Made by a program: the position numbers and the translations under genes. From the NCBI RefSeq assembly GCF_029227855.1, contig NZ_CP074356.1: a stretch of DNA of 64,000 nt; one strand, written 5' to 3'. The notes beneath the pieces are model-generated. The model saw only the letters and a program-made list of their open reading frames with translations, had not been told where the DNA came from and did not search any database. Numbering within the stretch: the stretch's first letter is position 1; each line of letters starts with the position of its first letter. The stretch is from Escherichia coli. Its GTDB lineage: Bacteria; Pseudomonadota; Gammaproteobacteria; Enterobacterales; Enterobacteriaceae. Below, in pieces: positions 57,916 to 64,000 of this stretch.

Positions 57916-60900
57916 TTATTCAAACAGGGCTTCAATATCGTTAATGAGTTCGCTGGCGGTGATGTCGTCGAGCACGGAGAACTGCGCTTCCTGAGTTGAA
58001 TTACTCCCCCAGCCATAGCTTTCCGCTTTGCCTTCCCATAGCCACAGCTTGCTTAAGACCTGCTCAGCGCTAAGATCGGCTGGTGACATACCCACCGCAA
58101 AACCTTCGTCGATTTCCATGATTAACGACCAGCGACCGAGAGGTTTGATCATCCATCCGATCCAGCCTCCATCCTGTGGTTCGCCCTTTATCCAGCCTTT
58201 ATTTGCCAGCCCCATGACCCGGCCGCTCGGGCATTTTCTGCCTGCCCAGCGGGTCAGTTCGCTGGCGTTGCGCTCGGCTTCTGTCAGGGCGTAACTGTTA
58301 CGTTCAAGCTGACGGAACGGTGGTAGCAGTTCGTAGTCGGCAAAAAGCTGACCAAAGGCGACAGCATCCGTCGGTGATATTTCCAGAACGTGAGGAATGC
58401 CAACAGAGATATCGCCTTCCTGCAAGGTGAAAAGATCATCGTCAGCGGTGCTGTAGCTGTTATCTTCCGCCACCCTAAAGCACGCCTGTAGCTGGTTTTC
58501 GGCGCTATAAACGCCCCAAATCAGACGGCGGGTTAAGTGACGAACCAGCGGATGCTCAACCAGGAAGAGCTGAAAGTTTTCCGGCGACCAGCGGCGGCGC
58601 AGGCACATGGCGGATTCCAGCCTTGCTACCTGCTGGGCGGCGACGGTACGCGCATCTTTTTTCAGCAATTTGTAGCGGTTAACAGCATCGTTTGCCTGTG
58701 ATTCATCATCGCTTTTATTGGGTTTAGGTAAGTCTTTCAGGCGGCTGCCGGAAACATCGCGCACAAACGGTTTTAAGGTTTCATCAAAGCTGACGGTGAA
58801 CTGCCGTGGGCCAAAATCCAGCAGCAGCGAACCGTTATCATCCAGACCGAGAGCCGGTGCTAACCGATCTTCAAGCTCCGCTACCGTCAGTTCGCGACTT
58901 TCGGCAATGTCGGCAATTTTCTCTTTCGCCCGCTCCTGTAATGCTTTGAATTTCAGTTTCTGGGCAATGCCGTTAAGCTGCATCAGGGCGATATCACTAC
59001 TGATAGCGGCGAGGATATCCAGCCCGACGGTGGCGCGTTTATGCTGGGATTCACCAGGCCAGGCGCGTATTAATGGCGTCAGTTTGCGGGCGGTGTTATC
59101 GTTACCGAGAACGCCTAACGCAGTGAACGCCCAACTCTCTTTCGACGGCGCGCCAGCGGTCTGCCAGGCGGTAAACAGATCCCAGGCAAATTCAGCCAGT
59201 GAGTCGGCGGTACAGGCATCTTTCACCTGCAATAATCCCGGATACAGCGCCTCCTCCTGATGGAAGCGGAGCATTTCACCGAGGTGCTGGAGTGCGCTAT
59301 CGGGCAGTGATTGGGCATTTGCTTTTAATACCGGGCGGGTCCAGATCGATGGCTGATAAAAGGCCGGAAGAGTGGGGATTTTTGTCGGGTGATTATCTAA
59401 GGGATCGAGCGCAAGCATAGCGTTCACCGCATTTGTTACTTCCGGCTGGTTATAACGCCGGGCGATTTCTTGCAGTAATGGTTGATGACCGTTTTCGGTA
59501 AGCATACGCAATGCAGCGCGGGCGTTATCCTGTGCTTCACCGGCTTTGCCGAGCGCCGCAGACAGCAGGCCGGTAATGGCGTGTTCCGGGTATTTCAGCA
59601 GCCAGGTGCGGGCGTCTTGTCGTAGGGTTTTGAGTTTGTTGAAGGCGCGGGCGACGGCAGGTGCCAGCTCACTCGCTGCGAAGTAATTCGTTATGGGCAA
59701 GGCTTCCTGTGGATAGCGTGCAAGTGAGTTTACTAACCCAGGTAATCCTTTGAGTCCAAAATGTAACATGGCGTATTCGGTATCGGTATGCGGAGATAGA
59801 GTAAGGGCATTCCATGCTCTTACTGCTTTCTCCAGCGGCAATGTTGTCAAAATCCCCAAATGCCAATAATGCCCGGTAGGTGAATGAAACACCTTAAATT
59901 CACTTATTAAAGTTGAATAATCTTCATTTAGCCATGCCTCAACTACCGCTTCGGGAGCTTTAATATATGTACCAGCGATCCGTCGTTGAAAACCCATCCT
60001 TGCCAACAGATTGGCAGTACTTTCTTCATGACTAACCGTGATGTGTTTTGAATACCAGATATATTTCGCCAAAAGTTGATTACTGATTTCTTCTGTCAGA
60101 TAACTGATTGGCTCAATACCTAATGGTGCTAAATCAAGCACTGGAATCGGCGATTTTTTCTTTTTCGAAAGCCATGGTGGGGAGACTACTATGGCCGGCA
60201 GTAGATCGGCGCTGGCATGGTTTGAGGGCTGTGTCAGTTGTTGCTGGCATGATTTCAGCACTGCAACTGCGGGTGTCGAAAGCCAGGGAATGACCTGTTC
60301 TGCTAGTGTCGGTTGCGAGATAAGCATCGTCATTAGCATAATGCGCCAACTATTCTCTTCTTTTTGCACTAGAAGTTCCGCCAGTGCTGCCAGTGCTGCG
60401 TGTGGGAACGCAGCGCAGGCTTTCGTCATTCGATCGTGACAGCGTTTAGTATGCCCTGCTACACGTATAAGCAGTGTTAATGCGAACGGATGATTGATAT
60501 GACGCAACACATCGGCGCAGTAGTCACTTGCGACATAGGGAGCAAATCGGGGCAGGGCCGCAACACCTTGCTCCTGTAATACGGTGGCTGACCATATCGC
60601 ACCACAATAGTAATCATCAAAAATGGCATATGGCTCGTGATATTTTTCTAATGAGGCAAGAATGTGCTCATCAGTCGCCACTATTTTTAGCCACTCCAGC
60701 GAGGGTAATTTCTTTTGCCCCAGTAGACGCTGGGCAATTTCATGTGCAATTTCTGGTTTTTCGGGCAATAACAAAGCAATTAATGGTTGCCGCCATTCTG
60801 GAATATGTGGAACTGCGGCAATAAGTTTTTGTGCACATTTTTGCCAGAGAGACTCTTCCGCCAGTGATAAATGTTTACGTAGGCGTAATTCAAAGCTGGA

Positions 60901-61710
60901 ATATTGCTGCAAATAATCAGGTGAAATGCCAGACGACAGGAAAACAATATTATTGTTGACATAATCCCATTCAATAGATATTTGTTGAAGATGTATTATT
61001 ACATCAGTAGCATATTCCAGACCGCCTTCCTGAATAATCTGATCCATAACATCCGCACGCTCTTTATATCTCGTGCAGTGCAGTTCAAGTGCCGCGAGTA
61101 CAGCCATTACCGGTGATGGTAATTTTGTCGTTTTCGGGCTGTTAATCAGATCGATCGCCTGAGCGATGAAGTTTTGCCACTCTAAAGTACAGGCGCTGAA
61201 GTCAAATGTAGCTGTTTTGTTATCCCGTTGCGACACGCCACAGGCTAAGCGACGTAACTGGGTTAATTTATCTACAGGTGTAACAGGATCTCCGGGAAAG
61301 CGGCGATGGCTTAAGGTGGTGGGTACGACTTCAAGCGGAAAAACGACAGCAATATCTTTTGCCAGCCACGGTAAAATAACGTCTGTATTTTTGTCAGCCA
61401 CGTAGAATTCTGGTGTAACTGAGGGCTGTTCCTGAATGATGGTAGAAAAGTCAGATAATTCGAGAGATTTCGTTACCGTTCGAGTATGTTTCGATGTAGC
61501 ATTCTCCGCATGTTCCACATACCCCTTTTTCGTTTTCTCCGCAATCAGCTTGAGTTCCGCTTTTTCCGCCGCCGCAGCATCTGCAAAGCTTTTTACCTGA
61601 CTTTGCCCGTTGGTGCCGACTTTGCCCCAACTGATATTCAGTTCGTTTCCCTGCTGCTCCACCGCCCAGAATTTATGTGATTTTTCGTCCTGATAAATAT
61701 AGGTTTTCAT
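57916..61710 (-). CDS. molR: MolR-like giant protein: N-terminal WGR domain plus DUF4132-type body, intact 1264 aa
   Basis: N-terminus MKTYIYQDEKSHKFWAVEQQGNELNISWGKVG..KKGY is a WGR domain; body paralogous to yehI and to the upstream ORF; conserved C-terminus ITASELINDIEALFE. Confidence 0.65.
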   Translation of the reverse strand: MKTYIYQDEKSHKFWAVEQQGNELNISWGKVGTNGQSQVKSFADAAAAEKAELKLIAEKTKKGYVEHAENATSKHTRTVTKSLELSDFSTIIQEQPSVTPEFYVADKNTDVILPWLAKDIAVVFPLEVVPTTLSHRRFPGDPVTPVDKLTQLRRLACGVSQRDNKTATFDFSACTLEWQNFIAQAIDLINSPKTTKLPSPVMAVLAALELHCTRYKERADVMDQIIQEGGLEYATDVIIHLQQISIEWDYVNNNIVFLSSGISPDYLQQYSSFELRLRKHLSLAEESLWQKCAQKLIAAVPHIPEWRQPLIALLLPEKPEIAHEIAQRLLGQKKLPSLEWLKIVATDEHILASLEKYHEPYAIFDDYYCGAIWSATVLQEQGVAALPRFAPYVASDYCADVLRHINHPFALTLLIRVAGHTKRCHDRMTKACAAFPHAALAALAELLVQKEENSWRIMLMTMLISQPTLAEQVIPWLSTPAVAVLKSCQQQLTQPSNHASADLLPAIVVSPPWLSKKKKSPIPVLDLAPLGIEPISYLTEEISNQLLAKYIWYSKHITVSHEESTANLLARMGFQRRIAGTYIKAPEAVVEAWLNEDYSTLISEFKVFHSPTGHYWHLGILTTLPLEKAVRAWNALTLSPHTDTEYAMLHFGLKGLPGLVNSLARYPQEALPITNYFAASELAPAVARAFNKLKTLRQDARTWLLKYPEHAITGLLSAALGKAGEAQDNARAALRMLTENGHQPLLQEIARRYNQPEVTNAVNAMLALDPLDNHPTKIPTLPAFYQPSIWTRPVLKANAQSLPDSALQHLGEMLRFHQEEALYPGLLQVKDACTADSLAEFAWDLFTAWQTAGAPSKESWAFTALGVLGNDNTARKLTPLIRAWPGESQHKRATVGLDILAAISSDIALMQLNGIAQKLKFKALQERAKEKIADIAESRELTVAELEDRLAPALGLDDNGSLLLDFGPRQFTVSFDETLKPFVRDVSGSRLKDLPKPNKSDDESQANDAVNRYKLLKKDARTVAAQQVARLESAMCLRRRWSPENFQLFLVEHPLVRHLTRRLIWGVYSAENQLQACFRVAEDNSYSTADDDLFTLQEGDISVGIPHVLEISPTDAVAFGQLFADYELLPPFRQLERNSYALTEAERNASELTRWAGRKCPSGRVMGLANKGWIKGEPQDGGWIGWMIKPLGRWSLIMEIDEGFAVGMSPADLSAEQVLSKLWLWEGKAESYGWGSNSTQEAQFSVLDDITASELINDIEALFE

Positions 61711-61722
61711 TGCAAAGTCCTT

Positions 61723-64000
61723 TTAATCAAAAAGTGATTCGATGTCGTTAATGAGTTCGCTGGCGGTGATGGCATCAAGCGCGGAGAACGTGAGCGAGGG
61801 CTGTGTACTGTAGCGTTCCCCTGGTGAAGTGATTTTTACGCTTTCAACAGGTAGCAGGTCGCTATACCCCGTTTCGCCATAAATTAATGAAAAATGTTCT
61901 GTTTCAAGTTCGAGAGCGCCATAAGGGGTAGATTTGCGCATCGCATAGACGCTGCCGCTTTCTTCCAGACGTTGCCAGCCTCGACGTTCCAGCCCGACAA
62001 TGCGCCCGGCCTGGCAAAGACGTCCTTGCCAGCGTATCAATTCATGGGTATCACGTTCATTATCAGTAAGGTGGTAATAACCACGATCGAGTTGGCGAAA
62101 GGGAGGAAGCTTTTCGTAATCAGCATAAATTTGCCCAAATGCAGTGGCGGATTCAGGAGATATTTCCAGCACATGCGGTATACCGATGTTTCCTGCTGGC
62201 AGCGTGAATAACTCATCCTGCGCATCGCTGTAAGTGCTGTCTTCTGCGACCCGGAAGCAGGCGATCAGCGTGTTTTCCTCAGTATATACCCCCCATAACA
62301 CCCGTCGGGTTAAGTGACGTACCAGCGGATGCTCCACCAGAAACAGGCGGAACTGCTCTGCCGTCCAGCGTCTGCGCTGGCACATATCCTGCTCCAGACG
62401 ATCAATCTGCTGGCTGGCAATGGCGTGCACATCTTTCTTCAATTGTTTGAAGAGGTTAACGGAGTCAGTTGCCAGTGTTTGATCATCGCTCTGATTTGGT
62501 TTGGGTAAATCTTTCAGGACTTTGCCGTTTGCATCGTGCACTACAGGTTTTAAGGTTTCGTCAAAACCAACGGTGAATTGACGTGGGCCGAAATCCAGTA
62601 TCAGCGAGCCACTGTTATCAAGCCCTAAATCTGGAGCCAGGCGGTCTTCCAGTTCAGCCATAGTCAGCCCACGGTTTTCAGCAACTATGTTGATTTTCTC
62701 GCGGGCATGTTCCTGTAATGCTTTGAATTTAATTTTTCGCGCGATGCCATTAAGCAGCATTAGCGCAACATCGCTGCCAATATCAGCTAATACATCCAGC
62801 CCGTAAACCGCGCGTTTATGCTGGGATTCACCCGGCCAGGCACGGATAAGCGGGGTTAATTTACGTGCGGTGTCGTCATTGCCTAAAATCCCAAGCGAAG
62901 TAAATGCCCAGTTTTCTTTTGCGGGTGCGCCAGCTTCTGTCCATGCCGTGTAGAGATCCCAGCCAAAGTCAGCCAGTGATTCGTGGGTGAAGGTCTCTTT
63001 GATGGTCGCCAGCCCAGCGTAGGAGGTAATGTCGCGTGGAAAGCTCAACATTGTGCCCAGGTGGCGCATAGCGTCATCTGGCAGAGGCAGGTTGTTACTT
63101 TTAAGCCGTGGTCTGCGCCATAAGGTGAACTGATAAAAGCCGGGCAGTGGGGCGATTTTAGCGGGATATTCTTCCAGCGGATCGCTATCGAACAATGTTG
63201 CCAGCGCAGCTAAAACATCAGGTTGGTTGTATCTCCGGCCGATTTCTTCAATCGTTTCTCGCTGGTTTAATTTCACTAGCAGGCGGAATGCCTGGCGGGC
63301 ATATTCCCGATTTTGGCACGGTTTGCCCAGCGCCAAAGGCAGTAGCCCGGCGGCGGCATGGCGCGGGTTATTTGCCAGCCAATTAATGGCATCCTTGTAA
63401 GCCATTTTTTTCTGTAACCGCTGCGCCATTGGTAAGGCTAGTTCACTGGCCCCAATAAAGAGGGTGAATATCCACAGTCGTTGATGATCTCGTTGCAAGC
63501 AGGTCATAAACGCAGGAATGGCCGTACTACCAAAAACTGCCAGAATCTCTTTCTCACCTGAATATCGCTCCTCAATGATTATTTGGTTGAGAAATGAAAT
63601 CGCCTGTTGTCCCGGTAAGTAACAAAGCGCAGATAGATTCCAGCTTTTGTTGGCATTGTTGTGATATTTCGCAAACTCAGCTTTTAGTGCTGGAAAATCA
63701 AAGCGCAACAAGGCATCAACAGCGCTTTGCGGTATATATTTTTTTTCATGTAAGTCATCTTCGCAATGCAGCCATTCATTAAAACCTAATTGCCAAAGGA
63801 TTTGTTGTTCTGGTGTAAAAGGAATGAAAGATGTCTCCCAGCTTTCTTTTTCAATTAGTGGCAGGTCGGTAAATAAGGTTTGCTGTGATGACTGATATTG
63901 CGCGATTTCACTGAATCTGGATATGTCAGTATGACTGATTAACTCTGTAATTCCTGGCGTGATGTCAGTGACTGCAGGGATGGGAAGCACCGGTAAATCA
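61723..64000 (-). CDS. Third YehI/MolR-family paralogue, 5' end beyond window
   Basis: Frame stays open to the window edge; 755+ aa paralogous to the 57916..61710 product; C-terminus ITASELINDIESLFD. Confidence 0.7.
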   Translation of the reverse strand, partial: DLPVLPIPAVTDITPGITELISHTDISRFSEIAQYQSSQQTLFTDLPLIEKESWETSFIPFTPEQQILWQLGFNEWLHCEDDLHEKKYIPQSAVDALLRFDFPALKAEFAKYHNNANKSWNLSALCYLPGQQAISFLNQIIIEERYSGEKEILAVFGSTAIPAFMTCLQRDHQRLWIFTLFIGASELALPMAQRLQKKMAYKDAINWLANNPRHAAAGLLPLALGKPCQNREYARQAFRLLVKLNQRETIEEIGRRYNQPDVLAALATLFDSDPLEEYPAKIAPLPGFYQFTLWRRPRLKSNNLPLPDDAMRHLGTMLSFPRDITSYAGLATIKETFTHESLADFGWDLYTAWTEAGAPAKENWAFTSLGILGNDDTARKLTPLIRAWPGESQHKRAVYGLDVLADIGSDVALMLLNGIARKIKFKALQEHAREKINIVAENRGLTMAELEDRLAPDLGLDNSGSLILDFGPRQFTVGFDETLKPVVHDANGKVLKDLPKPNQSDDQTLATDSVNLFKQLKKDVHAIASQQIDRLEQDMCQRRRWTAEQFRLFLVEHPLVRHLTRRVLWGVYTEENTLIACFRVAEDSTYSDAQDELFTLPAGNIGIPHVLEISPESATAFGQIYADYEKLPPFRQLDRGYYHLTDNERDTHELIRWQGRLCQAGRIVGLERRGWQRLEESGSVYAMRKSTPYGALELETEHFSLIYGETGYSDLLPVESVKITSPGERYSTQPSLTFSALDAITASELINDIESLFD

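Noticed and set aside
58718-59260. 180-aa plus-strand ORF inside the molR-like gene, and similar ORFs inside yehI and the third paralogue
   Set aside because: Ser/Ala/Arg-rich antisense translation of a long coding region; no RBS or domain signal.

Overview
This window reads as Escherichia coli-type core chromosome, reverse-complemented relative to K-12 map order (recognised from memory of the encoded proteins, not from a search). Gene order is psuT (5' partial)-yeiL-rihB-nupX-yeiI-nfo-yeiH-yeiE-lysP-cirA-yeiG-folE-yeiB-galS-mglBAC-preAT-yeiS-sanA-cdd-yohKJ-dusC-[IS]-yohP-mdtQ-yohF-yohD-yohC-pbpG-dld-bglX-osmF-yehYXW-yohO-mlrA-btsSR-yehS-yehR-yehQPML-[type I TA]-yehK-yehI-molR-like-third paralog (5' end beyond window). 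Most of it is ordinary housekeeping DNA. The points worth a second look are: (1) an IS110-family (IS1111-group-like) insertion sequence between dusC and yohP, with 11-bp inverted repeats and a structured 3' non-coding region that may encode its guide RNA; (2) a zorO/orzO-like type I toxin-antitoxin module between yehL and yehK, built around a divergent promoter pair and an 18-nt repeat; (3) the yehLMPQ MoxR-ATPase/VWA/SWIM cluster next to a tandem array of three giant WGR/DUF4132 paralogues; (4) four gene-disrupting lesions (yohF ochre, yehM amber, yehL frameshift, yehI frameshift), which could be real decay or assembly errors. No rRNA, tRNA or CRISPR array was found. Intergenic palindromes are REP elements. 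All names, K-12 comparisons and length comparisons are from recall and need confirmation by database search.
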